A DNA stretch of 29,521 nucleotides, from positions 1-29,521 of the forward strand of contig CBDDTI010000106.1 in the NCBI GenBank assembly GCA_965233585.1, written 5' to 3'. The stretch's first letter is position 1. Each line of letters begins with the position of its first letter. Shown piece by piece: positions 1 through 13,006 of the stretch. This stretch comes from a bacterium (GTDB lineage: Bacteria > SAR324 > NAC60-12). Made by a program: the position numbers and the translations under genes. The notes under the pieces are model-generated. The model had not been told where the DNA came from and did not search any database. It worked only from the letters and a program-made list of their open reading frames with translations.

Positions 1-354
1 TGGAACATTCCATTATTAAATGGAACAAAAACATAACAAACAGCTGCGTACAGATGAATATTCCATTGAATATTCTGCTCATCAGCAACAGCTGATTTAT
101 GAAGTAATTTTTGGAATATTCCAGGAATATTCCTGAAACATCCTGCACGTTAGACCCGGCCCTTAGGGCGCAGTCTAACCTCCAAAATATTCTTGGAACC
201 TATTAAAAATGGAACAAAAACATAACAAACAGCTGCATAAAGATGAATATTCCATTGAATATTCTGCTCATCAGCACCAGCTGATTTATGAAGTAATTTT
301 TGGAATATTCCAGGAATATTCCTGAAATATCCTGCACGTTGGACCTGGCCCTTA
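1..354. mobile_element. Two tandem PIF/Harbinger-like MITE copies (complete copy 166-351; first copy truncated by the window start)
   Basis: 189-bp period. Copy 166-351 has imperfect TIRs (GGGCGCAGTCTAAC / GTTGGACCTGGCCC) and is flanked by TTA at 163-165 and 352-354. Internal palindromes (TGGAATATTCCA); no coding capacity. Confidence 0.6.
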
Positions 355-1177
355 GAATCGATCCTCAGTCGGGAGCTCTTGCTAAAATTTGGGGCTACAA
401 TTACTTAATTTTAGCAATAGTTTCTCTCACTTAAGTTCAGTTCAAGGCAATTATTCTCTTTCCCAAGGTTACTTGGAAAAAATTGTGGCAGTGTGTTTGA
501 GCAGTAACCTACTTTTGATGCCACATTTCAACCATGACCAATTTTTGTCACCCAAAATGTTAAAACACTGTAAAATATTTATTTCTCACATCCCTTGAAA
601 GGTGTAAATTATATGGACTCCATCCACTCATGACTGTAAGCCTGATTTCACACCTTGTTGCTGTCAGCTTTGTCACTAATGATGATATGGAAGTCTGGAA
701 AGAACTAACAAACAAGCCATAAGTATACTAAGTTAATATATTAATTTGAAACTCAATAAGTAAGAATGATGAGCCTCCTGTTGAATGTGAGGATGAGCTG
801 ATCCAGCAAGGACAAGGCCTCCTTAATGTACTTCTTGATAACCACAGCATTGTCAGCCTTATCTGGTCGGTGTTTCGTGCATGTTAGACATCCTCAAGTC
901 CAGCAAGAACAAGGTCTCCTCTACGTGCCTCTTGATCGCCACAGGGTTGTAAGGCTGGTCGGGTCAGCGTTTCCAGCACATTGGACATCCTTGATGCTAC
1001 ACCAAACAACAAGCTCCTTCTGATGAACGTTGCACTTATCGCCGAGGCTGAGATGGACGCGGTTTGCAAGGCAAACCAACAAGCTCCTCTTGATGAACAT
1101 TGCGCTGATCGCAATGGCCAAGATGGATGCTGTTTGACAGGCAAAACAACCAACTTGATGAATGCTATAAGGTTGAA

Positions 1178-1400
1178 GTGGCCAAGAACATTAAAATGGT
1201 CAACAAAGATGCCCTTGAGGATGTTGCCTTGACCAAGAACATTGAGATGGTCGACAAGGATGCCATGGAAGATGCTGGCGTGGCCAAGAACATTGAGATG
1301 GTCAATAAGGATGCCATTGAGGATGTGGGGGTGGCCAAGAATATCAAGATGGTTGAAGAAAATGCCATTGGGGATGGCAAGAACGTTTAGATGATCGACA
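1178..1400 (+). repeat. 51-bp degenerate tandem repeat, ~4.3 copies (mirror copy ~12212-12435)
   Basis: Unit starts at 1178, 1229, 1280 and 1331; translates as 17-aa VAKNIEMVNKDAIEDVG-like units. Confidence 0.85.
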
Positions 1401-2738
1401 AGGATGGGAAGGGCACTGTGGTCCGGGCCGACACATTGAAAACATGACCAATTAATGAAATTAATACTTGCACTTTAACCTAGCCCCGTTGGGAAGATCC
1501 TTACCCCTGATTTTGTGGTCTTTATGTTGGCCTTTTCCCATGATTCCCCCAGATTCTTCACCATGAAATGTTTGGCAATCTAGCAGTCTAAACTGTTGTG
1601 ACAGCTCTTTGAAACAGCTAGCAGCAATGCCTCTACCCCCATAGAGTATCTTGGGATCAACAAAGAGCTGTCCTAACATTTGCTAGATCTCTGAAGATTC
1701 CATGTCCTGTTCTGGACTTCATATCTGTCAATTACCTACCATCTTTGAACAGTTAGGAATTGAGGAAAGGGAGGGAAGGGAGAGAATAATTCATGGATTA
1801 TTCCTCGATCAAGGCCAGACCAGTAAATGAAATCTTTGGCCATATACCTTTTTAACCACACAGAAAGCTTTGTTGACTGTCCAAAGAATATAGAGAAATA
1901 GGTTGCTAAGGGTCATTGCAGAGGAGCATGGTGTGGCAGACACATTGACAGATTATGAGACTTTGTATTTATATTTTTCTTCCCTCCATTCATAACTGTG
2001 CCAAGATGGCAGGTAGTTGCCCAAGATGAAGGCCAGAAAAGGACATGGTATCCTTGTCGATCTAGCCATCTAAACTCTGATCATGGCTCTTTGGTTCCTC
2101 CCCGAGGTGTCAATGGGGGTAGAGCCACTACCGCTTGCTGTTTCATAGACCAACAGATCAAGGTCCCCTTGGAAACAGCATTAGAAATTTGTGGCATTGA
2201 ATATTGTTGCATACGAAAGGACTTGAAACCAATTCACTACATTAGAGCATTGTATGACGTGGGGTCTACAAGCATCACCCTTGTCTCAGGCAGTAGGAAG
2301 GCTCATGAGCTTGGCCCATTAAGAACTGTCACAAGAGTAATGTGCTTCCAAGGCATACTATATTAGTATCAAGCAAAGGTACCCGGCGTTGCCCGGCTAA
2401 ATGTACACTGCCACCACCATCACCATTGCAGACACCACTTCTACTCCTTCTTTAAAATTTCTGAAATCCAAATGTTGAAAATGTACGATGGCAATGAAGA
2501 TGTTGGAATTTAATCACTCCTGTCAAACATACACCCATCTCGTAACTCATGGTGTAATGTTACATTACTTCTCCATTTTTGCCTTTATTGCTGTATTTAA
2601 ATTCTTAAATATCCTATATTATTTCAAAGTCTGCTAATTTTCTGTGTGAATGTTAGCTACACTGAGGAACATTTTTACCTAAGCCAGGTGACTTAAGTAT
2701 GCCTTTGCGTAGAAATTTCCTTGGCCCAGTAAAATTCC

Positions 2739-2791
2739 ACTAATATTTAGGACACATTACCATATTCAAGTAATGTGTCCTAAATATTAGT
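2739..2791. repeat. Perfect 22-bp-stem hairpin with 9-nt loop (mirror copy ~10822-10874)
   Basis: ACTAATATTTAGGACACATTAC-catattcaa-GTAATGTGTCCTAAATATTAGT. Confidence 0.9.
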
Positions 2792-2889
2792 TTAATTTTA
2801 CATGATGGCAGGTTTTTATTGCACGGTGAGCCTATTCATAAAACTGAACAGTAAAGTAGTTTTTATTTCCTTCTTTTGGTTTTTTTCCC

Positions 2890-4493
2890 TCTTTTGGTTT
2901 TTATTTCCCTCTTTTCCTCCCTTCTTATTAAATTTTCTGGCAAAGAACACACCAACCTTACTTTAATTACATTACTGGCAAAGACCTTTGGGTGTCAGAC
3001 TTTTTTGGGGTAGATGGTTATTGAGTGCTGGACCATTCCCTCGAGTGCCCCCACTCCATCATATTGGCTAGGTCATCCATCATCTTGCATGCCAACACAG
3101 CCTTGGAAACCCTCCCATCCCGGTTTATCAACACACTGATGCTTGGCAGACCCACAGGGTTGTATTTTGATTCGGTTTCGGCCATCATGATGGGGGAAGC
3201 AAAGTAGTTTTTGATGGTGAAGTCATCCAGCCTTTCTGCTTACAATTTGATCTTGGCCATGGTGGCTTGGTGGATGCCAGTTTTAGAATCCTCCATCAAC
3301 CTGGGGCAGATGAGAAAAATGCCAAAAGAACCCCTGTAGTTGACTCTTTGGCATGCACTCATCCTCCATGACCCTGGAAATGTCCAAACTTGGGCTGAAA
3401 CTTTGCTGGTCTGTCCAGTCAGTCCTTTTTTCTCCAGTGTGGTGCTGTTTCCCTAATTCTAAAGGTACATAATTATTTTGGGTGGCATTGATTTTAATTT
3501 TTTGTACTCTCTTTTTTTGTGTTTTTTAGGGCATAAAACCCTGCAATCATGCAAAATTACGTATTGGATGACTTTCATATCCTTTATTCTTAACTTCCCT
3601 TGGGACCTTAATAATGCCCTCGCTTCACTTGGGCATAAACACAAGGTCCCTCGTGAAGTGAAAAATAAAGGATATTATCGTCATCCAATAATAGTTATTT
3701 ATTGGATGACGATAATTTCCTCTATTTTTCACTTCACGAGGGACCTTGTATTTATGCCCTCGCTTCGCTCGGGCATTATTAAGGTCCCAAGGGAAGTTAA
3801 AAATAAAGGATATGAAAGTCATCCAATACGTAATTTTGCATGATTGCAGGTTTTTATGCCCTAAAAAACATAAAAAAAGAGAGTACAAAAAATCAAAATC
3901 AATGCCACCCAAAATAATTCTGTATCTTTAGAATTAGGGAAACAGCACCACACTGGAGAAAAAAAGAATGACCCGACAGACCAGCAAAGTTTTAGCCCAA
4001 GTTTGGACATTTCCAGGATCATGGAGGATGAGTACATGCCAAGGAGTCAACTACGGGGGTTCTTTTGGCAGTTTTCTCATCTGTCCCAGGTTGGTGGAGG
4101 TTTCTAAAACTGGCATCCACCAAGACACCAAGATCAAGTAGTAGGCAGAAAGGTTGGACAACTTAACCATCAAAAACTGCTTTGTTTCCCCCATCATGAT
4201 GGCAGAAACAGAATCAAAATACAACCTTGTGGGTCTGCCAAGCATCAGTGTGTTGATAAACCGGGATGGGAGGGTTTCCAAGGCTGTGTTGGCATGCAAG
4301 ACGATGGATGACCTAGCCCAGATAATAGAATGGGGGCACTCAGATGAATGGTCCGGCACTCAATAACCATCAACCCCAAAAAAGTCTGACATCCAAAGGT
4401 CATTTCCAATAATATAATTAAAGTAAGGTTGGTGTGTTCTTTGCCAGAAAATTAAATATGAGGGGAGGAAAAGAGGGAAATAAAAACCAAAAG
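2890..4493. repeat. ~1.6 kb imperfect palindrome centred near 3695
   Basis: Centre is CGTCATCCAATA-atagttatt-TATTGGATGACG. Mirrored ORFs: 3459-3644(-)/3746-3931(+) and 3025-3207(+)/4051-4359(-). Confidence 0.88.
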
Positions 4494-5013
4494 GTACATA
4501 ATTATTTTGGGTGGCATTGATTTTAATTTTTTGTACTCTCTTTTTTTGTGTTTTTTAGGGCATAAAACCCTGCAATCATGCAAAATTACGTATTGGATGA
4601 CTTTCATATCCTTTATTCTTAACTTCCCTTGGGACCTTAATAATGCCCTGGCTTCACTCGGGCATAAACACAAGGTCCCTGGTGAAGTGAAAAATAAAGG
4701 AAATTATCGTCATCCAATAAATAACTATTACTGTTTAGTTTTATGAAGGGGCTCACCGTGCAATAAAAACCTGCCATCATGTAAATAACTATTACTAGGC
4801 CAAGGAAAATTCTACGCAAAGGCATACTAAAGTCACCTAGTTTAGGTAAAAATGTTCCGCAGTGTAGTTATATAGTGGGCTATAATAAATATAATAATTA
4901 ATGTCAATAATTTTTGGACAATTTTTATTGTACTGAATAATTAATTATGATTTTTATTTATTAATGGTGAATCCTTAAAATTGGCATGGATATATATTTA
5001 TATACATATGCAA

Positions 5014-5781
5014 CAAAGTTCAAGTGTCTCAGAGATCCACGAACATCACAATGATGAGAGTCTCCACTTGCAAGAAGTGGGTGAACATGCCAACAATGAT
5101 GAAGAGCACCAACAGCTTCTGTAGATGATCAAGGATGGATCTCAAAGCAAGGATAGAGATATTCTGGACAAGATCGAAAAGTACTGGGAAGTACAGCAGA
5201 ATCTGTCAGTCAATGGGGACCTGACCAAGCATGGATGCAGGTTGTTCATACAGACAAGTCTCCGCCATTCAATGTTCTCAAGGGTGCACGAAGCACGCCA
5301 AGGAGATTGGTCACAACAGAAAGCTCGGTTGACATATTGGCCTGGCATTGATCAAGACATCGAAAAATTCAAGAGAGGGTGCAAGCACCCTCAAGATAGC
5401 CTTGCCTCACTGACAAGTGAACTGATGATGCCCATGATGAGACCATCGAGTCCTGGAGGGACTGACATGACCAAAGGAGGGTTGACACAGTTTTGCCACC
5501 TGAAGGCACATGATCTGAAACATATGGATGTAGGTAGTCATGTGGCCATCATTCGAAACATGGAGATGAAGCTCCAGGACATCCAAGGGATTGTCTCAGT
5601 GATGAGACCGTGTCGTCGGTCACGAGTTGGCAGACTGAAGAGGCAAATGCTCAATGGAAATCAACGCTTCATCCCGAAGCAAGGAGGACAACAAGATAGA
5701 GTTCAGCAAGAACTGATGCCACCACCCGAACCACCTCCTCAACCAAGAAAGAACGAGTCTAACGAAGACCATGATGCTTGA
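5014..5781 (+). pseudogene. Decayed Ty3/Gypsy integrase region (Zn-binding region and C-terminus; catalytic core apparently deleted)
   Basis: GCRLFI..RVHEARQG..KARLTYWPGIDQDIEKFKRGC resembles the integrase H2C2 region. VGSHVAI..GIV..NQRFI resembles the Mag-type integrase C-terminus. In-frame stop just upstream of 5125. Confidence 0.75.
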
Positions 5782-5840
5782 TTGAGCATCCAAATTGGAA
5801 TTGAGAAGCTCGTTGCCTTCTCTCCGAGTACTCAAGAGCT

Positions 5841-6014
5841 TGGAGGGAAGGTGTAGCATGATCGCCAGATTTCGTGCCGCTCCGTTCATTATGTTGCATC
5901 ATATTTTCCAGCGATAGGGCATGCTTCCTTTTCCATTCTCATGTCTGATTTCCACCCGTTCAAGGTTTAATCAATAAAGCCAGTCATTCCACGTATCAAG
6001 ACCTCCACTTCATC
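5841..6014 (+). mobile_element. Putative polypurine tract and 3' LTR of the decayed Gypsy element
   Basis: GGAGGGAAGG is immediately followed by TGTAGC at 5852; AATAAA at ~5973; candidate CA end at ~6011-6014. Confidence 0.5.
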
Positions 6015-6070
6015 ATCCAAGAGCCGGAAGTTTCCCATTTATCAGTGAGGACAGCCATGCACCCATCTCC

Positions 6071-7130
6071 TCACACTTCTTGTATAACGCTGTTAGGCCC
6101 CATTTGGGAATTGGCAGACAGGTGAAAGACCACTAGGCTCCCAGGGATAATGGTGGTTGTATCCATCACGAGAGGATTCAGCGCGATCAGCTGGGTACTT
6201 CCATGGATTGAGGGCTCACAATCACTCCTCAACTCATGTCTTTCGGGAGGTATTTTTGGAATCGTGGAGAGGACAAGGGAAGGTGTAGCATACACAATGC
6301 AGGAGATGGCCTTAGTGGTGGTAATTGTAGATGTTGTTATGTTGAACACATTGGGACCTCCTTTCCCTTAACAACGAGGGCACTCTTGGAGAGTAGCTGG
6401 TCAATGCTGGTCAATAATCAAGGGGTGAACAAACCCCTGTAGCACCTAGGGGCAGATCCAGAACTTTGCCGGGTTTGCCATGATCTTAAGGTCAATGCGA
6501 GGGGCCTGTCCTAGGACCTTCATCTTTTGGCCAACAGGAGCTGTGCCCATGGAGAGTTGGGGACTGGTTTTAGCTGATCGGCCGAAATCATCTGAGGGGA
6601 AATGACGTTCGTGAAGGTATTCCCATGGTCGATGAACATGGCTGTTTTGATGTTACCAAGGCCGACTGGGACATAGGTGCTGTAGTCTCTGTCCCAGTTG
6701 GGTTGCACCTGAATACGTGCAATTGGAGGTGTATTGATGGTCATGTTTATTGCTGCAACAGATTGAGCAGATGGTAATTGTGCATAGTGATACAGTGACC
6801 AGTGTTGAGCATAATCAGTGTCTTAGGTAGGGATAGGGTTCTATGGAAGACAGGACAGGAATAGGAACATGTCTTTCTACTGTCTGTCGGAGATATCCTC
6901 ACCTTTCTCCTCAGGCTATCTTCTCCTACAACATCGTCGAGGATATCAGAAGTGTCTACCTCTTTAGCCAAGGCACCTGGGTCCTTGATCGCCGCAACCT
7001 GGTAACTCCAGTAACCTTCTGTGACCAGAGGTGAAGTCTGGTAGTTTTCCGTGAATTTTACCTGTTTCCTCTTGGCAGCTGGGGAATAGGACCTTGTACC
7101 TTTCCTAATATTCAACAAGGTGTTTGGCAT
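6071..7130 (-). pseudogene. Highly decayed retroelement gag/protease remnant
   Basis: KTAMFIDHGNTFTNVISP resembles a degenerate aspartic protease D(S/T)G motif; reading frames are broken. Confidence 0.4.
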
Positions 7131-7852
7131 TACACAGGACAGGACCTTGGAACTAAAGACGCTACCAAAGACTGGCCACGAAAAAATAGAGTGAGATAGT
7201 GAAATGTTATGCTTGCTTAAGTAGTGTTATAATCCAAACAAAAACAATCACAGCTCTAAAAATCTCAAGGAGGTAAAGGATTGAGCACCTTTTTTTGTAA
7301 AGAAACACATCCCAAAACCTGTTGACTGAACTATGGGATTACAGTGCATTCAAAATAGATCATCTATAGAGGTCAATATCAACAAAGTTTGGACATTGCT
7401 TCAAAAATGACTGCTGTTGCAGTGATCTAAAGTTGTAGTTACTTTTATCATTCAATGGATTCACCTCATTTCATTTGAAATCACAGATTTCATCCATCTT
7501 CAAAACAATAACAGTTCACACTGTTCATCAGCTGCAAAAAGGTGCTCTGGGGTTTACCTCCATGGCATTAGTTGCTTAAAAGGGGGGGCGGACATGACTT
7601 ATGAAATGCTGGCCAGTCTTGTTTCAGCGTCTTTACTTGGAACCACACTGGTGGAGGAAGTCTTTGAGCCGAAGGGGGCATCTCTCCTTATGGTGGCCAA
7701 CTTCAACATAGTAATGAAAGTCAAATTTGCTTGCATATGTACATGTTTCATGTACTGTTTTCATATCTCTTAAGCTCAACAATGATATGGCTGCTATTTT
7801 AAAATGTTAAAAGCAGTAAAAATCTTTCACATAATTGTTTCTCTCATTTGAA

Positions 7853-8103
7853 GCAATTAAAATGTGGTTTTTCTGTGATTGGAAATTCAGCTTTTACATT
7901 TTTTGTGAAACTCTCTTTGCTCTCTATAGCTGTCATGTTAATTGTTTCGCTTTTGGAGCAATTAAATTTTTTTTTGTGATTTGAAATTCAGCTTTTACAT
8001 TTTTTGTAAAACTCTCTTTGCTCTCTATAGCTGTCATGTTAATTGTTTCGCTTTTGGAGCAATTAAAAATTTTTTTGTGATTTGAAATTCAGCTTTTACA
8101 TTT
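7853..8103. repeat. 101-bp tandem repeat, ~2.5 copies
   Basis: GAAATTCAGCTTTTACAT recurs at 7882, 7983 and 8084. Confidence 0.85.
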
Positions 8104-8601
8104 AATTTTTGTAGCCATTATAGAAGTTTTAAATATGATGTGAAAAACACTTGTTACTGTTTTGTTCTCTGTAGCCATCACAGTAACTTTGCATTCATTT
8201 CATTGTCAACTGTTTTACGTCAGAGGGGCACATGTGTTTCACTATTTTCATATCTCCTAGGCTCAACAATTATATAGCTATTTAAAATGTTAAAAGCGTT
8301 AAATTTTTTTTACATAATTATCTTTCCTTTGAAGTAAATATTTCAATGTAATGCAAAGTAATTTTTTGTGATATGAAATGGTGCTTTTTTCTTCCCTCCA
8401 CCATTGACAATGTTTCAATACATGGTATATGAATTTGTATCGGGTCTAATTCAATTGTTCAAAACTATTCCATGGTATTTGTATGATTTTTTTATAAGTA
8501 AAAAATTGCAACAGATTTCTCAGAGTTTGAAAATTTTCGACCACTATCTGATGAAATGGTTCAAAAGAATTAGCCACTGATAATATGATATCTATATAAC
8601 A

Positions 8602-11600
8602 TTGCATATGTATATAAATATATATCCATGCCAATTTTAAGGATTCACCATTAATAAATAAAAATCATAATTAATTATTCAGTACAATAAAAATCGTCCA
8701 AAAATTATTGACATTAATTATTATATTTATTATAGCCCACTATATAACTACACTGCGGAACATTTTTACCTAAACTAGGTGACTTTAGTATGCCTTTGCG
8801 TAGAATTTTCCTTGGCCTAGTAATAGTTATTTACATGATGGCAGGTTTTTATTGCATGGTGAGCCCCTTCATAAAACTAAACAGTAATAGTTATTTATTG
8901 GATGATGATAATTTCCTTTATTTTTCACTTCACGAGGGACCTTGTGTTTATTGTACTTGGTATATGTACTTGGGCTAAAACTTTGCTGGTCTGTCGGGTC
9001 ATTCTTTTTTTCTCCAGTGTGGTGCTGTTTCCCTAATTCTAAAGGTACAATAACTAGGGAATAAATAACTATTATTGGATGATGATAATATCCTTTATTT
9101 TTCACTTCACGAGGGACCTTGTGTTTATGCCCTCGCTTCGCTGGGGCATTATTAAGGTCCCAAGGGAAGTTAAAAATAAAGGATATGAAAGTCATCCAAT
9201 ACATAATTTTGCATGATTGCAGGGTTTTATGCCCTAAAAAACACAAAAAAAGAGAGTACAAAAAATTAAAATCAATGCCACCCAAAATAATTATGTACCT
9301 TTAGAATTAGGGAAACAGCACCACACTGGAGAAAAAAGGACTGACTGGACAGACCAGCAAAGTTTCAGCCCAAGTTTGGACATTTCCAGGGTCATGGAGG
9401 ATGAGTGCATGCTAAAGAGTCAACTACAGGGGTTCTTTTGGCATTTTTCTCATCTGCCCCAGGTTGATGGAGGATTCTAAAACTGGCATCCACCAAGCCA
9501 CCATGACCAAGATCAAGTTGTAAGCAGAAAGGCTGGATGACTTCACAATCAAAAACTACTTTGCTTCCCCCATCATGATGGCCGAAATCGAATCAAAATA
9601 CAACCCTGTGGGTCTGTCAAGCATCAGTGTGTTGATAAACCGGGATGGGAGGGTTTCCAAGGCTGTGTTGGCATGCAAGACGATGGATGACCTAGCCAAT
9701 ATGATGGAGTGGGGGCACTCGAGGAAATGGTCCAGCACTCAATAACCATCTATCCCAAAAAAGTCTGACACCCAAAGGTCTTTGCCAGTAATGTAATTAA
9801 AGTAAGGTTGGTGTGTTCCTTGCCAGAAAATTTAATAAGAAGGGAGGAAAAGAGGGAAATAAAAACCAAAAGAGGGAAATAAAAACTACTTTACATGATG
9901 GCAGGATTTTATTGCACGGTGAGCCCCTTCATAAAACTGAACAGTAAAGTAGTTTTTATTTCCCTCTTTTGGTTTTTATTTCCCTCTTTTCCTCCCCTCA
10001 TATTTAATTTTCTGGCAAAGAACACACCAACCTTACTTTAATTATATTATTGGAAATGACCTTTGGGTGTCAGACTTTTTTGGTTTTGATGGTTATTGAG
10101 TGCCGGACCATTCATCTGAGCGCCCCCATTCTATTATCTTGGCTAGGTCATCCATCGTCTTGCTTGCCAACACAGCCTTGGAAACCCTCCCATCCCGGTT
10201 TATCAACACACTGATGCTTGGCAGACCCACAAGGTTGTATTTTGATTCTGTTTCGGCCATCATGATGGGGGAAACAAAGCAGTTTTTGATGGTTAAGTTG
10301 TCCAGCCTTTCTGCCTACTACTTGGTCTTGGTGGATGCCGGTTTTAGAAACCTCCACCAACCTGGGACAGATGAGAAAAATGCCAAAAGAACCCCCGTAG
10401 TTGACTCCTTGGCATGCACTCATCCTCCATGATCCTGGAAATGTCCAAACTTGGGCTAAAACTTTGCTGGTCTGTCCGGTCATTCTTTTTTTCTCCAGTG
10501 TGGTGCTGTTTCCCTAATTCTAAAGGTACAGAATTATTTTGGGTGGCATTGATTTTGATTTTTTGTACTCTCTTTTTTTATGTTTTTAGGACATAAAAAC
10601 CTGCAATCATGCAAAATTACGTATTGGATGACTTTCATATCCTTTATTTTTAACTTCCCTCGGGACCTTAATAATGCCCTCGCTTCGCTCGGGCATAAAC
10701 ACAAGGTCCCTCGTGAAGTGAAAAATAAAGGAAATTATCGTCATCCAATAAATAACTATTACTGTTCGGTTTTATGAATGGGCTCGGCATTCAATAAAAA
10801 CCTGCCATCATGTAAAATTAAACTAATATTTAGGACACATTACTTGAATATGGTAATGTGTCCTAAATATTAGTGGAATTTTACTGGGCCATGGAAATTT
10901 CTACGCAAAGGCATACTGAAGTCACCTGGCTTAGGTAAAAATGTTCCTCAGTGTAGCTTACATTCACACAGAAAATTAGCAGACTTTGAAATAATATAGG
11001 ATATTTAAGAATTTAAATACAGCAATAAAGGCAAAAATGGAGAAGTAATGTAACATTACACCATGAGTTACGAGATGGGTATATGTTTGACAGGAGTGAT
11101 TAAATTCCAACATCTTCATTGCCATCGTACATTTTCAACATTTGGATTTCAGAAATTTTAAAGAAGGAGTAGAAGTGGTGTCTGCAATGGTGATGGTGGT
11201 GGCAGTGTACATTTAGCCGGTCAACGCCGGGTACCTTTGCTTGATACTAATATAGTATGCCTTGGAAGCACATTACTCTTGTGACAGTTCTTAATGGGCC
11301 AAGCTCATGAGCCTTCCTACTGCCTGAGACAAGGGTGATGCTTGTAGACCCCACGTCATACAATGCTCTAATGTAGTGAATTGGTTTCAAGTCCTTTCGT
11401 ATGCAACAATATTCAATGCCACAAATTTCTAATGCTGTTTCCAAGGGGACCTTGATCTGTTGGTCTATGAAACAGCAAGCGGTAGTGGCTCTACCCCCAT
11501 TGACACCTCGGGGAGGAACCAAAGAGCCATGATCAGAGTTTAGATGGCTAGATCGACAAGGATACCATGTCCTTTTCTGGCCTTCATCTTGGGCAACTAC

Positions 11601-12505
11601 CTGCCATCTTGGCACAGTTATGAATGGAGGGAAGAAAAATATAAATACAAAGTCTCATAATCTGTCAATGTGTCTGCCACACCATGCTCCTCTGCAATGA
11701 CCCTTAGCAACCTATTTCTCTATATTCTTTGGACAGTCAACAAAGCTTTCTGTGTGGTTAAAAAGGTATATGGCCAAAGATTTCATTTACTGTTCTGGCC
11801 TTGATCGAGGAATAATCCATGAATTATTCTCTCCCTTCCCTCCCTTTCCTCAATTCCTAACTGTTCAAAGATGGTAGGTAATTGACAGATATGAAGTCCA
11901 GAACAGGACATGGAATCTTCAGAGATCTAGCAAATGTTAGGACAGCTCTTTGTTGATCCCAAGATACTCTATGGGGGTAGAGGCATTGCTGCTAGTTGTT
12001 TCAAAGAGCTGTCACAACAGTTTAGACTGCTAGATTGCCAAACATTTCATGGTGAAGAATCTGGGGGAATCATGGGAAAAGGCCAACATAAAGACCACAA
12101 AATCAGGGGTAAGGATCTTCCCAACGGGGCTAGGTTAAAGTGCAAGTATTAATTTCACTAATTGGTCATGTTTTCAATGTGTCGGCCCGGACCACAGTGC
12201 CCTTCCCATCCTTGTCGATCATCTAAACGTTCTTGCCATCCCCAATGGCATTTTCTTCAACCATCTTGATATTCTTGGCCACCCCACATCCTCAATGGCA
12301 TCCTTATTGACCATCTCAATGTTCTTGGCCATGCCAGCATCTTCCATGGCATCCTTGTCGACCATCTCAATGTTCTTGGTCAAGGCAACATCCTCAAGGG
12401 CATCTTTGTTGACCATTTTAATGTTCTTGGCCACTCCAACCTTATTGCATTCATCAAGTTGGTTGTTTTGCCTGTCAAACAGCATCCATCTTGGCCATTG
12501 CGATC
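8602..12505. repeat. Right arm of giant inverted repeat, with internal palindrome ~9060-10760 centred on 9895-9942
   Basis: 8602 onward is the reverse complement of 5013 backward. 10770-12505 is the reverse complement of ~1107-2845 with few differences. Confidence 0.92.
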
Positions 12506-12720
12506 TGTGGAGTAATGTCCCTACATCACTCTCATTCGAGCTTGTTACGCTCTAAAATCACCTTAAAACGTTCTCAAAACACCTTAAAACAGGCTGAAAC
12601 CGTCTTTCAACCATCCGTTTACCGATAAAAACCATCTTGATGCGCTCTCAAAACACCTTGATGGCATCTACATTAAGGTTGTTTCAACCTGAAACCGGCT
12701 TGTAATCGTCTGCAACCGGC

Positions 12721-13006
12721 TTGTTTTCGTCTGCAATCGGCTTGCAACAGGCTCGATCGAGCCTGCAATCGGCTTGTTTTCGTCTGCAATCGGCTTGCAA
12801 CAGGCTCAATCGAGCCTGCAATCGGCTTGTTTTCGTCTGCAATCGGCTTGCAACAGGCTCAATCGAGCCTGCAATCGGCTTGTTTTCGTCTGCAATCGGC
12901 TTGCAACAGGCTCAATCGAGCCTGCAATCGGCTTGTTTTCATCTGCAATCGGCTTGCAACAGGCTCAATCGAGCCTGCAATCGGCTTGTTTTCGTCTGCA
13001 ATCGGC
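12721..13006. repeat. 53-bp tandem repeat, ~5.4 near-identical copies, each with an internal hairpin
   Basis: Unit TTGTTTTCGTCTGCAATCGGCTTGCAACAGGCTCAATCGAGCCTGCAATCGGC at 12721, 12774, 12827, 12880, 12933 and 12986 (partial). Confidence 0.95.

Larger units (their letters stand above)
1107..5013. repeat. Left arm of giant inverted repeat
   Basis: Reverse complement of ~8602-12505. Identical mirrored ORFs: 1998-2366(+) = 11247-11615(-) and 1461-1679(-) = 11934-12152(+). Confidence 0.92.

Noticed and set aside
6277..6292. Second AGGGAAGGTGTAGCAT matching the PPT/LTR start at ~5844
   Set aside because: Similarity does not extend beyond ~16 nt, so a second LTR is not supported.
1461..12152. Many duplicated 60-138 aa ORFs in the inverted-repeat arms
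   Set aside because: They recur only because of the repeats, lack recognisable motifs and often begin at non-ATG codons.
1107..12505. Giant inverted repeat as the Polinton TIRs
   Set aside because: The arms flank decayed Gypsy DNA; the Polinton genes lie outside them.
12721..13006. Possible CRISPR array, or three overlapping repeat ORFs
   Set aside because: Units are contiguous with no unique spacers and there are no cas genes. The ORFs arise because the 53-bp unit has no stop codons.
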